Source of the DNA: Macrostomum lignano
Taxonomy: Eukaryota
Reading direction: 5' to 3'
Assembly: GCA_002269645.1 (NCBI GenBank)
Contig: NIVC01002216.1
Location: 124,001-188,000 of the forward strand
DNA length: 64,000 nt
The notes below the pieces were generated by a model. The model made no database searches and was not told the DNA's origin. It saw only the letters and a program-made list of their open reading frames with translations. Below, one piece after another: positions 48,259 to 61,789 of this stretch. The translations under genes and the position numbers were made by a program. Position 1 is the stretch's first letter. Every line of letters starts with the position of its first letter.

Positions 48259-51200
48259 ATGGTGGTGCCACTGTACGCAGCCCTGCTATCGAACTGGCTG
48301 TTTGCGCTAGCAGCTGGGGAAATATCTGGCAATTTTCAGCCACCGATGCCCTCTGCTCCGACTTCTGTGTACTTCCGCGACCTTGGCAGTCTGCTCAATG
48401 ACCACGTGCCGCAGGTGTCTGAACCCGTCCCGGCTTGGCGTGTTGACAGAGACACCCACCTAGCTCTGCCATTAGACCAACTGGCAGTTGGCCTGGCCCT
48501 GCCCCGAAAGCTGACCTTAGCCGTTGTGTTCCGTCCGCAAAAGGCCAACGGCACCCTACTGGCGGTGCGAACGACAGGTGGGAAAATTCAGTTTGGATTG
48601 AGCTACTCTGTAGAGTCGCGAATGACGAAGCTTCGCCGATTAGAGATGCATCTCTGGTACTCCGGCACCAACGACACAGCAATGGTGCAGCGCCCAGTGG
48701 CGGTACTTACTGATGTGCAGTCAGAATTTCGACTGGGAATTTCATTGATTGCTTTTTATGTCTATCTGGACGGTGGCAGGCTTAGCTACGAGTTCTGGTG
48801 TCCCGGGTGAGGACCATTTGCTTTTATATTATCGAAACTGTTACTCAAGTAATGTACATGTAGGAGTATATTTTTTCGACTAATTCAGAGAATACTTCTG
48901 GTCGCACAGCCCGGAGTACAGCCAGCCACTGCCGAATCAGTACAGTGACACGCAGCAACAGATTCGATTTGCGGCCGGCTCCAGTCTGTATCTGCTCTCT
49001 GACGGAGTGGAGAATTATTTCCATGTGAGCAAATGAGAATTGATGACTATGTTGGTATTGAAAAGAGGGAGAGGCTGTCGTGATTTTTAAAGGAATATCG
49101 TCAACTAAGGAAGTAAGGAAGTTAAGAGGGAGTAAAGCTCTAGGCAAAACCAAAAGTTAATAAGTAAATTCAAAGAAGTCGAAAAATTCAAAGAAGATGG
49201 ATGCGTCGACGTTTTTAGTCGACGTGTCCTAAAAGTTATCGATTGCAGTCGCTTTGGTCTGAAGCTTTGCTTTGGGATCCATTACGACGCGTAATTTGGC
49301 AGCCCTTAGTCATACTTAATTCCTGACTACTTAAGGATAGAACGAGAATAGGCCAAAAGGCCCCTATGGAAAACTCAAGCCTTAGCTGTACTCTTACCTA
49401 CACAAGCTTCGCGAGGGTTCATGACGGTAAAGTCTCTGGCCGCTGTGACGGACAAAAAGACGCGCAGTTTTGGAGTTCACAGCTCGTTCAAAATTAGCAG
49501 GGACAGAAGTGCGAGCAAAAGCTTCATTGATGGGCAGCCTTTTCCTCATCAAAGCCATCAAAGGGGGACAAATAATGGGAAGTGGTCTTTAAAAAATGTT
49601 CTTTCGACAGCCATGCCCATTTGAGGTCAAGTTCGGTTAATGAAAATAAGCACTGAGTCATTAGCACTGAAGTAACTTTCCGATTATTAGCAGGTATCGC
49701 AAATGCCGATACTTCGGTGTAGCTGGCGTTGGTGACTTATTAGTTTGTTTACGGCTCAATTGATCGGGACTATTTTTTTCTTAGAAGAAGCTAAAATAAG
49801 ATGTGGGAACAAATTAGATCTGTGAAAGCACGTCATTCGATTCAATACTTACAGCGGTTAATTATCGAATCCCCTCCAGGGTGACATCATACGCTTCCTT
49901 TTGGCGAGCCCTCTGCCAGACCACGCCAAGCGGCAGCGGCTCAAGTGCCAACCTGGACTGAACAGCTCGCTGATCTTGGCTGACCGTTCTATCGCTCGAT
50001 ATCCACCGTCGCCGCCGTTCCTGCCTCCCGATCCCGAATTTTCTTCCCCTTCTCTATCGTCATCTGGCGATGTTGAACCACCAACCGACTGGCTGCCGAG
50101 AGAAAAAATTGGCGAGGACAGGCGAACGGGCGATTTTCTGGCTGCGACGACCACAGCCACGGCGCCTTCTCTGCCGAGTTACTTAAAAGGCGAAAAGGTT
50201 GGCTCGATTTACTTCTTGTGGTCGTTCTGCTATGGAGTTAAATTGTAATAATCTATACATACAGTTTAGATAATCTGCATATGTTCATGTATTCACGGGA
50301 TATTCATGTAAAGGGTAGATGATGCTTGGTAGAGCGATTTTTTTCTCAAACGAATCAGTGCAGGAAACTATCCGATGTTTATAAAGCTGTGTATCTGCAC
50401 TGGTTGTCTACAATTACGTACGCTCGTAATTACTTAATTTAATTGAAAAGCCTATAGTTTGTCTCAGCATTCGCAATCGCATTCGTTAGGGAGATCCTGG
50501 CGTACCCGGCAGTCCCGGCGTCTGCACCGAAAGATGCCCGGGCGGCAGAGAAAGCGGCCTCGATATTGTGCAGCCAACTGCTTGGTTGCCGGGTGCCAAG
50601 GGCGAGCCTGGACCGCCGGGTCCCAAAGGCGACACTGGGCCGACTGGACCCAGGGGAGCTACAGGGCCGGCCGGTCGGAAAGGAGATTTGGGCCCCGTTG
50701 GGCCCCAAGGCAAGATGGGACCAGTGGGACCTGCAGGAGAATCTGGCAGTCCAGGCGCTAAGGGAGACACGGGACGTCAAGGCAAGCCTGGCCGAGTTGG
50801 CCCCTCCGGCATTCCTGGGCGCAAAGGGGATCGAGGTCCTTTGGGTCCAAAAGGCCAGACCGGAGACCCCGGGCCCCGGGGTGAGCCCGGACTGAAGGGT
50901 GAGCCCGGCCCGCCGGGACCGGCCGTCAAGGCCTCTCAAATGCGCGGCTCAGCAGCCGTCAAGGGCGAGAAAGGCGACCGAGGTGCTCCAGGCACCGATG
51001 GAGTGATGGGTCCTCCGGGACAGCCGGGACAGCCCGGACTATCAGGTCCGCCAGGTCCTGCTGGCCCTGCTGGACGTCCAGCAACCAAAGGAGCAAAAGG
51101 CGAGCCAGGTGCTTCCTGCGCGTGTCCGGAGGCAGGTAGATTGCCGCTGCAGCCGCCGCCACTCCAGGCTACTCGGCCACCGCAGTTTTCCAGATTCGAT

Positions 51201-52875
51201 GGCGTGGTGAGTTAACTTTTATATCATCTTATGACTATGTGACGAGAATTTTCTCAGGTGATACAGAGTCCGACATCTATATCACAATTTTAAGCGCGTC
51301 GTTACTAGTCACGAAGTGCTAGCTGAAATCGGGTACACCTTAACCGAGGGTGCGATGGTGTACACAAAAGATAGAAATCTTCTCTACCTGAAAACTGACT
51401 TCATGCGGAACTCCTGGACGGAGATTGTAAGCGGCGGTAGGCAAGTCGAGATGGCATTCCCGGTGAGTTATTTCAGCATTGATGTAGATGTAAAACAATA
51501 AAAAGCCTTAATTCTTCCAACTGTTAATCTTGAAATTCTTAGACCTCAACCACAACAGCCCCACCAAAACCACCGGAACCGCCGAAATTTCGACCGCACG
51601 CAGTCGCCGGACCGAAGGTTTGTACTGAGCTGGCGTCATTCATGCAACGCAAGTTTGCGACATAAGCATCTCTACACCAAGGAACCACAAAATCTTGCCC
51701 CACAGCTTCGACTAGTGGCTTTGCCTTTCAAGATGTACGGTGACCTAAAGTACAAGGGTGCGTACAGCAACCTGGCTGCCGACTACGCCTGCCAGCAGGC
51801 GGCAAAAGCATCTGGACTCGGCGGTGTGAGGGTGCACTTTAAAGCCTTCCTCAGCGGGTTGTACAGCAGCTTGGAAACCCTGGTGCAGGCGGATCAGAGG
51901 AGTTCTGTACCCGTAGTGAATTTCTATGTAAGAACTGAATCGAGAACTCTCTCAGCAATGACTTATTAACTGAATACAGAGCAAGAGTTATATTAAGCTT
52001 ATTTCGTCTTTTTCCCACAGAACCAAAGGCTGTTCGACAGCTACACTGACATGCTGAATCGCGGCATGTGGAACCGAGAAGTTCAACTGCAAGACTTTAA
52101 TGGCAGGAATCTGTCGCAATGGGCTGAGCATCGGGGAGTGTGAGTGTTCAAAAGTTTTCTAGAATCAGGGTTCTCTCTTAGATTCCAGAAAGTAGTTAGT
52201 TAAGCTTGCAGGGTAGCCGTGGGTGCTGTTGGAAAGTTAAACAACATTCGAAAATTTTTACGGACCTTCCGATGTACACGGTGCTTTTGTTGCAAAAAAC
52301 GATCGCGAACTCGCATCTGGGATCTCTGGTACTCTCGACCCTAAAGAATGATATTACATGTAACAGTCATCTCATTGATAGCATGGACTTCTAATTGTGG
52401 TCCAAAAGGGAGATTCAAACTTGCACCAGGCCAGTCACCAGTTTCTGAGTCTTTGCTCTTCATCAGCTGATCTTAATATAACATTCGTTTGAAGTGCGAA
52501 CTCTCGTACAAGCTAAGAGAGTCGCTTAACATTCTTTTCTTGCTACTAATTAGTAGGCAATCATTTATAATTAAACTAAAGCACAAACTCGCCGAGTATA
52601 ACTCGCCGAACTAACAGATGAGAATAAATTACTAAACGTGACGTCATCAGGCCTTTATTTTTTTACACCGCAGCTCTGAGATCCTGACTTGGCGAGGCCT
52701 CAGGCATCGTGATCGCGGCTCGCCAGACTGCGACGGATTCTTCAGTCGCAGCCTGATGAAGCGCGGCCTGGCATCCGATCTGAGCTCCGGCTGGTTGCTG
52801 CAGACCGACAGGCAGATCGCTTGCGACACGCGCCTCGTGGTGCTCTGCATCGAGGCCCGGAGCTCGGTGCCCTGA
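48259..52875 (+). CDS. Multiplexin (collagen XV/XVIII-like): TSPN/LamG domain, short collagen triple helix, trimerisation domain, endostatin domain
   Basis: Exons approx. 48259-48806, 49694-49742, 49880-50197, 50490-51206, 51295-51462, 51543-51617, 51706-51927, 52021-52140, 52674-52875. Gly-X-Y run; GVRVV...EGAMVYTKDRNLLYL; endostatin LRLVAL..DYACQQA..FKAFLS..VLCIE with four Cys. Confidence 0.9.
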
Positions 52876-53853
52876 CGGTGGACTCATCGCATAGTTCGAT
52901 TGTTGTCCGACGCAGAAGCCAAGCATCATTCTACTAATAAATCAAATTTTCCGCTTGCTGGACAACAACACGATAAGCATATCGTAGTTCTTACGCTTCC
53001 AAACAGACGCATAGTCCTTAGTCGTGCTTATTAAACACATGCTAGGCTCAATTCGCGAAATACCTCAGCGCAACTGTTTTTTTGCCAAGCCAGTATTGCT
53101 CGCGTTTATTGCTGGGGCCGGATGAAGCTAGGTGATTTTTTTATTACACCTGCCCCAATTGGGTCAGATGTGCAACCGACAGCTCAGCCGCAGCAATGCA
53201 GAGTTAAGTTTCTTGCTCAAAGGACACAAATTGTTCCACTCGGATCGGGAAGTCATGTCGCTTTAAAAAGCTTGCAATTTACTGCAATCATCCAGTTAAA
53301 TATACTTTGTAGTTCACTAGCCTCCATTTTTTCGCTTTTACGAGTATTTTTTGCTTGTAATTGCACTTTATCTGTCTATCTGTCCACTCGTCTGCCTGTC
53401 TATGTTTTTGTCTGTCTGTCTGTCTGTCTTTCTGTCTGTCTGTTGCGCACTCTACTTCTCTCTCTCTCTCTTCATCACCCAGTCTACAATTCACCCCGTC
53501 TTTAGCTTATCGCACCACCTTATTCTAAGCCTTCAACTCGGCAGTTATTCAATGCACCCGCCCTTCTTAATGTCTGCACTGAGATGAAAACTAACTAAAA
53601 TACAATTATCGCGTGTTGCTGTGGCTTTAGCATTAACAATATCATCGCAACCGATGTCGGATGCTGTATCTTCCCCAGTCTCGCCAATGCCTCTCGTAAG
53701 TATGCAGCAGCCAGCTTAAATTTGGTTAAAAACATGAAGAAAAGAGTCTGGCGGCTCGCTAATCCATCATGGAATCTGTATATTTTACACTGTATGATGA
53801 CAGTAGAATGTCTTCTAGAACAGTTGAGTCCCGAGTGTCACTCCGGTCGCCGG

Positions 53854-54078
53854 TCACTTCTCCTTGTCGAAGCCGTACTTCTCCAGCGCCTGTCCGAGCG
53901 TGTGCGTCGAGTCGATGGCCGCGTCGATGCGCGTGTAGCCGGCCAGGCGGCTCTGCGGCGTCGCAGGCGGGATCGGCGACTCCACGGTCGGAGCTGCCGA
54001 GTCCGCCGTCTGTGGAGCATCTGCAGCTGCATCCGCTTTCTTTCCGGTCGACTTTTTGCCCGACTTTGCTTTCGGCAT
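53854..54078 (-). CDS. Putative small orphan protein, 74 aa, with a Lys-rich N-terminus (MPKAKSGKKSTGKKAD)
   Basis: GC-rich coding-like composition against AT-richer flanks; good ATG context (CAACATGC); TTAAATAG about 100 bp upstream. No family recognised. Confidence 0.5.
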   Translation of the reverse strand: MPKAKSGKKSTGKKADAAADAPQTADSAAPTVESPIPPATPQSRLAGYTRIDAAIDSTHTLGQALEKYGFDKEK

Positions 54079-57000
54079 GTTGGCGAGCTGTCTCAGCCAA
54101 AGTCAACAGGCCTCTTTGTTGGAATTCGAGACAAGTTGCTTGAAACTGCCCCGAGGCTGTCAGGCTGCTCCTATTTAACTCAATGTCCGTTGCAATTCGT
54201 CTTGGCGTGTCTCAAACCCCGAAAAATTCGACATTCGGCCGTTATTGTGCGAGTTGATGCACATCTTTGCTCTGCTCAAACTGCTAGAAAGCATGCAGCC
54301 ATCTATCCATTCTATTGTGTGTCTGCTCCGCTATTTTCAGGTCCCCGAATGTTTTGCTCGAAGTGCTAAGTCGTGTATACGGCGAGTGCTTTAGGCCACG
54401 AATACGTAAATAGCGACTATATCTGACATGAACAGTCTTGCAGACTTCGATGCAAACTACTCTCGTACATTCTTGCTACTGTTAGTAAGAAAGCAAGAAA
54501 AAGGCCTGTACTGAATTCTTGCGAACTTGGGTTATTATTTTAAGTGCAGTTTAAAAATAGCTTCAAAGCAGTGCAGAAGTGTTTTGCTTACGCAGGGGCA
54601 ATTCTGATCCTAGATAGAGCCCTTGGCGAATTGGAATAACAAATTTATGCTGGATGGGCCAGCCTCTCACTCAAAAGAGCAATTACAATTGAGCTGTGAC
54701 GCGCTCAGCTGTTTGTCTTTTGAGTGCTTATTTTTTCCTCGCATATATTTTGCACTTAACTCGGCGAAAACAAGTACGAGTAACAAACAGACGCATCAAG
54801 TTCGGACAGGTTTGAAGTTTGTCAATTATTTTTGCAGCAAGTCATTAGATGATGGATCTGACAAGGCGAATCAACCGATTTCAAAGGGGACATCAAATAT
54901 CGGCGCCAGGAAAAAAGTAGCCTTCTAAACTCTTGCATCAAATGCAAATACAGTAGCTTTTCCTGACGCGAGGTTTTTTGTGAACTCCCAAATCCTGGCG
55001 ATAAGATAAGCCTCTCTATTCTAGCCATGTACAGCTGCAATATCTGAGCAAGAAGTTCTCTATCGCTTAACTAAGCTTAAGCAAAGCTGGAATAGTCATT
55101 TTGCTTCATATGCTCACAGCCTATACAGACGCAACTACACAGAAGGCACAAGGGACCAATTTGGCAATCTAATCAGCAAAACAAATGCTGCTATCAGTTT
55201 AATTTTAAATAATCGCGTTTGTTTAAATTCGAGCCGCAGAAAAACAACTTTCTGTAGCCTGTGCGCTGCTTTCAATTAGACAGCCCAGTCCAGTGTACAA
55301 TTTGTTTGAATTTTGCGCATACCTTTATAACTCTGCGCTGCCCACCAAAACAAGCAATAAAAAGCTGAAAGAGTAGCAAGGCGTACTTTCTTCCGTAGTT
55401 GGACTTGTTTTCGGCGCTGACTCGCTGGCGGAAGGTATCAATAACTGGCTAGCTTTGTCAGAAAAGTACGAACGAGGACCAACACGCAGAGGGGAATAAA
55501 TCATAGGGCTCAGAATCTACATCCTGATCCAGCAAAATAAATGCGTACTTGATGAGCTTCCGTGCCGGAGTGGTTCGCGGATTCAAAGTGCTCAAAAGAT
55601 TTTCCATTAGGGCAGGGCTTCCTGCTGAGAAACAAATAAGAACACTGGCACTGCTGATTTCTATTTATAAGAACAAATTTACAAAGACAATCAGTACTTG
55701 AAATCTACATGGCTGAAGGACAAATGAAAAGGGCAAGTTTTGCACTAGACCGTTTTACTGATCGCATGGCAAATGGAAAACACGTTTCAAGTTGCAGGTG
55801 GTTCACCGCCTTTAAGCCAACATTCCCTGTAACCAACAGCGCAATAGTGTTGTTTACCTGTTTTAGCAGTAAAATTCTGGCCGCAGTGCAGGTGCACTGC
55901 AAACTTCTTGACCACCCCCAGACTCTGCATAGGGCTGGCAGTGAATCCGTTTCTAAAATTTCTAAGCAAAAGAATACCTAATAGTCGGTCCTTTGAAATT
56001 CAGAAAACCCTGATAATTTCATTTCTCACACAGTTCGTCTTTCCTGCTAACTCGTAAAGGTAACCCGGGGAGATAAGAGCCGAACAAAATCGAGAGGTCA
56101 CCACGTAAGCTGCACATGAAGAAAAACAGAGAAATTCAAGTACAACGCGCCCTAGCTTACTCCAAAATAGTTTCGAATAGACTTTCTGCATCGGTGAAAA
56201 CAAATTACACGCCAGAGCGAAACTCGGTCAGGACGAAAGTTCCACCAAGTGCGGTACTTCGCTCGGACCAGGCGCGTGTAGTTCTGTGCCTACCGAGTAA
56301 CCAGGTCGACTTCCATGAATCATCTTGCTCTGGCGAATCGCTCCGTGCGGCTGCACGATGTGCCACTGTGAACTTTTATTTTCCTGCGCTGATCTGTTTT
56401 TACTTCAGACGGACACCAGAGGCAGAGGGGCTTCGGGATCTGCAGCGCCGGGGCTGATAGGGATGACGGCCTCGGTGCTGCACTATTTGCGCAGCCAGCT
56501 AGGGACGCTGTAAACAACACTTGGGTCGACCGAATTTCGGTACTTGTACCCGAGGCACTCGTAAATAATAAACTGGTGCACAAAGAGTACATTTGCAGCG
56601 CTTGTTAGATTATATAGCTTCTGACAGTAACACGTCGAAAAAGCATAAAGCAGTTCAAGGATATAATCTGTTCCCGAATCGAGGTTAACATACTTTGCCT
56701 TTGTCTCTCCGTTTGTTCAGAATTCTGAAACTTCAATCCCGGACACAGGAGCACACAGGATTCAACTGTGCTGTTTTGAACAGATAGTTGATGACAGAGA
56801 AAGTCCAGAACGAAAATTTTAGACTCGTGTCAAATATTTTCTTCCCCCTTCTATATTCGACAGATAATCGTAACTATTCTGGTGCTTTTTTGAAACCAGA
56901 CCCTGAAAGACAAAAAATATTTTTTTATATGCCGAACCAAAACATGGCCGGTCTGTGCTTTCAGTGCACAATACAATCGAATTTGCTTCAAAATATATAT

Positions 57001-57620
57001 TAAATACAACAAACAAAACATAGGCCCATATCACATCAATGTTATTATTAGTGGCCATCGAAGCGACAAGCAAAAAGATCCAACAGCAGCAAATGAAATG
57101 GCGCTAAAGTACATTACGAGTGTACTGTTAATCGTGCATTGTGAGACATTCATAGATCGGCGCAAACTTTATGAAGCCACTGAATCTACAGCAAAGCCCA
57201 TGCAGTCCAGTGTTTTGCTGAATTCAAGTAATTATCATTAGATAATGTGTAGATAGTGCGCAAAAGGGGCTGTACGATTTGTGATTGAATGGAATTTGAA
57301 AGTATTCAGTAATACAACATCAAAATGCGAAAAAGCGCAGATACACACATTAGGAAAAGTTGGCCAGCATACTGTAGCCGTCTGCATAAGATTTATAGAT
57401 TTTACGGTGAAACAAGTCATCAAACACAACGCGCAATAACTTTTAGACGAATGACATAAGTACGATCGTAGTTATTTTCATGTAGAGTTCAAAACAAAAG
57501 CTGTGACTCGATTAAGAGGCTTTGAAACAAGTGGAGTTGCACTTTAAAAAAATGAAGATTGTCTGTCTGATTTCTTTGTTTTTCTTGCAAAGTTTTTACT
57601 GCATTAAATTTTTCGAACCG

Positions 57621-59878
57621 CTATTGTTCTCGTTGTTGTTGTTGTTGTTGCTGCTGCTGTTGCTGCTGCTGCGGTCGTTGTTGATCTACACCCCGTTGCA
57701 TAAGCATGTCATCAACTCGACTCGGGCCCATCCAGTAGTAATCGTCGTTCAGAACCTCTCCCTGCTTCGGCTCCGGCTCAGCTTCCTTAGCCTCCTTTGA
57801 TTTCTCAGCTGCCGGGCCCAGTGACATCGGTACGTAGTTGCCGCACTCCTCGGGCGCTCCAGCCTCCACTAACGACTGCAGCTCCGTGCTAAACTCCCCA
57901 TATCGAGCAAGAGCCTCTTCAACGGTCTTTGGTGTTGGTACCTGACCATTCAATCGATAGGCGCTTCGGTTACCATATGAACCAGTCCGAGATCGAAAAC
58001 CCAGGCGGTAGCGCGAAGCGTCGCTTCGCGTCCGCGGCCGGCCGAAGCTCATCTCGACGAAAACCTGCCGATCCTCGCGATGACCAGCAGTTTGCGATGG
58101 CTCGCCGTAATAGGACGGCACCGAGTAGGAGGAGGGCAGGTAGCTGCCAGGACGGGTTGCTTGCGGACGGTCTCCGATGCTGTTGGCTCTGGAGCCCAGT
58201 AATAGCGAAGCGGTGCCCTGACATGCCTGCAGGTTGTTGAAGTGCCAAGAAGCAACGCGTGCAGCGGCACAGTAGTCATCGCTACCAGACTGAGGGCTGT
58301 GCCGACCAGTTTGCTGGGCGTCTGCCAAAGATAGAAAAAGGAATTGTAATTCTCATTCGCTTTGGCTGATCGATCTACGCTTTCATGCTTTACTATGACT
58401 ACTTGAGCAGCCGGGGCCAATCATGCGATGTAACTTAGTTTAAATAGACAAATGGAGTTTTCCACGAACCATTCAACAAATTAACTTCTTGGACAGTGCT
58501 ATTTTCTTTCGAAGAAAGTCTTTTACACAATAATAGTGTAGAATTACCTGCTGCTGAAGAGGCACTGTCAGGCTCTCCCGCCTGTTCACTTTTGCCAGAG
58601 AGTGAGCTGGAAGAATTCAGCGACTGGTTGTTCTGCGCCTGCGACCGGGACGCTTCCTGCGTTAGGTCCCTGCTGAGGTCGCAGTAATCGTCGAAGTTGT
58701 CGCCGAGCGGCTGGCTGTGTGTCCGCTGGCCGTCAGACAGGCTCCCGCCCAGCCTGCCGTAGGTTCTCTCAGAGAATGTGCTGCAGAAGTACAGGGCGAT
58801 GATCTTTGAGTTAAATAAACGCATATGTATGCTTATCTTCTGATTGTACGAGTGTTAAAGTAGGACTCACCTGATCGATTTGGATTCGTGTTGACTGGCG
58901 TACCTCATGCTGCTTCCCCGCCGCACAATGGTCTGCAGCGAGTCCGAGTGCTGGACTGGGAGGTCGGTGCTGCCCCTTGAGTTGCGGCGAGCACGCCGGT
59001 TTTTTGGCTTCCCACCATCTGGCGGTGCTTGTCCCTTGTGGTCAGTGAGGCAGCGGAACAGCGCATCTGTCAGTTCCTTCTGCATGCTGCTGTGCTCCAC
59101 CTGTCAATCGAGGCCGTAGTGGAGAAAATAATTTTTTTTGGCTCCAGAAAGTCTAAAAAGACTTTTTTCTGGCAACCAAACTCATTCAGCTTACCTTGAA
59201 GCGAAGCTCGCCTTCTCCCAGAGGGCTCAGCCGACCAAGATTGATCTCGAAGGCAGTGGAACTGTTGACTACATGGCCGATGCCGCGGATGCACGGGTAG
59301 GGCAGGCAGAGCTCGGGATTAAGAAGGTTCTCCTTCACGAGGAGCACAGCGGACTGCGTGAGGCAAAATCTGTACTGACCCGGTAAGTCGGGCTTGCCGT
59401 GTTTTTCCACAGCCGAGGCGAGTTTCACGGGTTTGAGGGTGACGCTGTAGCAGCTGAGCAGCTCCGGCCAGCGACAGTTGCGCTTCACGTTGTAGATTTC
59501 GCTCAGATGGAAATACCAGCGATTCAGTTCATCCTCAGAAGAGAATTTCAGAAATAGTGCGTCCTCCTGAAAGCAGACGCCTAGCACGGTGTTGTTCTTT
59601 CCCTTAGTGCATCGGGACAGCAGGATCACGCCACTCAAGTTGTAGAAATGCTTCGGTTCGTTTTTCTGGTAGCTCTTCTCGTTTTTAAACATGTAGAGAT
59701 AGTAGTCCACCAGCGCCTTGCCACCCTGGAAATCCCAGGGAGAGGCCTTGGGCACCGACTTGAGCACAAAGAAGCGCTCCTTACCGGTCCGCAGGACGCG
59801 AATGTAGCCGAATGCGATGATGCTTTCGCCCGGAACGCTGCTGCCCAGAGAACCGTTGCTGCGCTGACTGTCCGGCAT
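57621..59878 (-). CDS. IRS: Insulin receptor substrate-like adaptor (PH plus IRS-type PTB, YxxM tail); 4 exons (59878-59195, 59100-58871, 58780-58548, 58321-57621)
   Basis: PH domain (GYIR..KERFFVL..RWYFHL); PTB (GQYRFCLT..LPYPCIRGIGH..FEINLGRLSPLGEGELRF); YVPM and YYWM motifs; C-terminal polyQ; phase-consistent junctions. Confidence 0.88.
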
Positions 59879-60111
59879 TTTCGCTGTGCTTTGCTCCTTT
59901 AACTTCAGAGACTGTTCAAAAGGCTTTGATACCTATGCCGCAGGTGTTTAAATAAAGGAGTAAGCCGGCTTTGTTTTGCTTTTCTGCTTTTAAAACGCCA
60001 CGCTTTGCCCGCCTCACACGCCCCGCCTCCGTGTATTTTGAACACAAAAAACACTCGCTCGATGGAGGCCTCCCTAAGCTACTCTCCTTTTCCTGACCAA
60101 TGAAATCGCAC

Positions 60112-60229
60112 GTAAACAAAAACTGGTAAATCTTCGCTGCTTTCCACTCTCTGCCTCTCCTGAAAATGCTAGCAGCTAATGGCATATCTTGGTCTTGGCG
60201 CACTATTATTAGAGGAGAAGTGTAAACAA
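60112..60229. promoter_or_regulatory. Two perfect FoxO-type elements (GTAAACAA at 60112-60119 and 60222-60229) in the IRS promoter, near a CCAAT box and a GC box
   Basis: Exact motif matches 230-350 bp upstream of the IRS ATG; function inferred. Confidence 0.5.
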
Positions 60230-61789
60230 AGTCGGGCTGAGGGCGGTGAGGGCAGGCATTGGGGTTGTGCTTGGAAATTGCAAGGCCGCGCGGCCCGCAG
60301 CTTCGGTCGCAGCTCTACCGTTCCTCCCTCCACGGGGGAGTGAATTAGCTCCGAGGGCGGACTGTACGGCGCAGTGTGGGAGGGCCGCCGGGGCAGGAGT
60401 TTTCCGGGCCACGCGCCCGTCCAGTCATACTGAGGTGCAGTCAGCGTTCGGGCAACTCTACCCAGGACCCACACGTGCTGCCGTACACTAAGCCCCTTCC
60501 ACTGTACACTGGGGGGTCTAGCTGCATCCAAAACGCGCTCAATGCTGTCCCGGCATGCAATCCATTTACCTCTTTCCTTTGAGCCACGTCCTCCGTCTGC
60601 AGGCGCAGTCACATTGGGTACTAGCGTAGGCAGCGAAAACACTGCATGCACTGACCCCACGCCAGTCACAACAACATCGTCAACCCCAGGCTTTTGCTAG
60701 CGGTTCACACTGGCAGGCTGTTTATCACAGTTTAAACTGTCTCCTATCTTTACTGTTCAGCGCGGAAACAATCGATGACTTAGTCATGAATCCAGGGCGA
60801 TAGCCAGAGCAACGGCACTGTTTTTGTCCAGCTTCTGGGTTATTTTTAGATTCTTCCCGCGGCGCTAAATTTATGGGTGACTGGGTAATTGTGGATTGAA
60901 AAAGAAAAACTTTCCCCACAGGACAAATAAAGGTTGAAGTTAAAAAGCATCAAAACAAAATCACATCTATTGAGTTAGCAATATAGCGCCTGAACTATTT
61001 TTAGCTCCGGCAGGAGCTGCTGACTTGGATCGGAAACTCGAATGGAGCGGAATGGGAACTCTGGCTGCTATATCTGGGGCTGCTGAGATTGGATGATGAT
61101 AATTTTGTTATTGCATCCCGCCCACGCCCCACCAGGGCCGGCAGCACAAATTAGTTTCCTTCTATAGTTTTTGGACGTCATTGTTCCAACATTCTATTGA
61201 CGTCATGTTTTCAGCTTAGCTTTTCTTTCTCAAGCTAAGAATAGCAACTGGCAGCTTTCTAATCAATCTAAGCAAAAATTGATACAGTTCTGAATATTTC
61301 TTCAACCCAGCTGACACTTCATTTCATAACGGATTAATAAGCTGCGGCTGAGGGAGCCGTGCGATCTCGCAGAAGTCGTTGTTGGACTGTAGTAGCAAAT
61401 ATGAAAGTAGGATTATGAAAAAGATTCATTGAATTCTGATTGCAGCTAAAGCAGACCGGTTTAGAGAACGAACGCGTTGCGGGCCTGCGTAAACAAGCCC
61501 GATTCGACCTGACCTCAAACCACGTGGGGTCATGCGACTTTCCAGGCACTAAACATGGACAACTGCAGTTGAAGGACGCCGCATTCAATTTTCTTAGAAA
61601 TCAGCTGGAATCAGGTGGGGAACGCATATCTGCCGTATCGCATTATCCCACGTTGTACGCTCATCATTCAACACTTTGAAATCGTTATTTAAGGCTACAA
61701 AAATACATTGATGAGACAATGTTGTGCCTGGGCATATGGTACTGTCTGCCTCTAGAACCAAAGAACATGAAAAAAACTATAGACTACTT

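Noticed and set aside
55565-55600. A-box-like TGCCGGAGTGGTT
   Set aside because: No B box or cloverleaf follows.
42545-59878. Neighbouring Indy-like (SLC13) and chico-like (IRS) longevity genes as a functional cluster
   Set aside because: They are separated by unrelated genes, on opposite strands, with no shared regulatory evidence; probably coincidence.
60169-60669. GC-rich ORFs upstream of IRS
   Set aside because: No domain, splice support or codon pattern; more consistent with promoter or 5' regulatory sequence.
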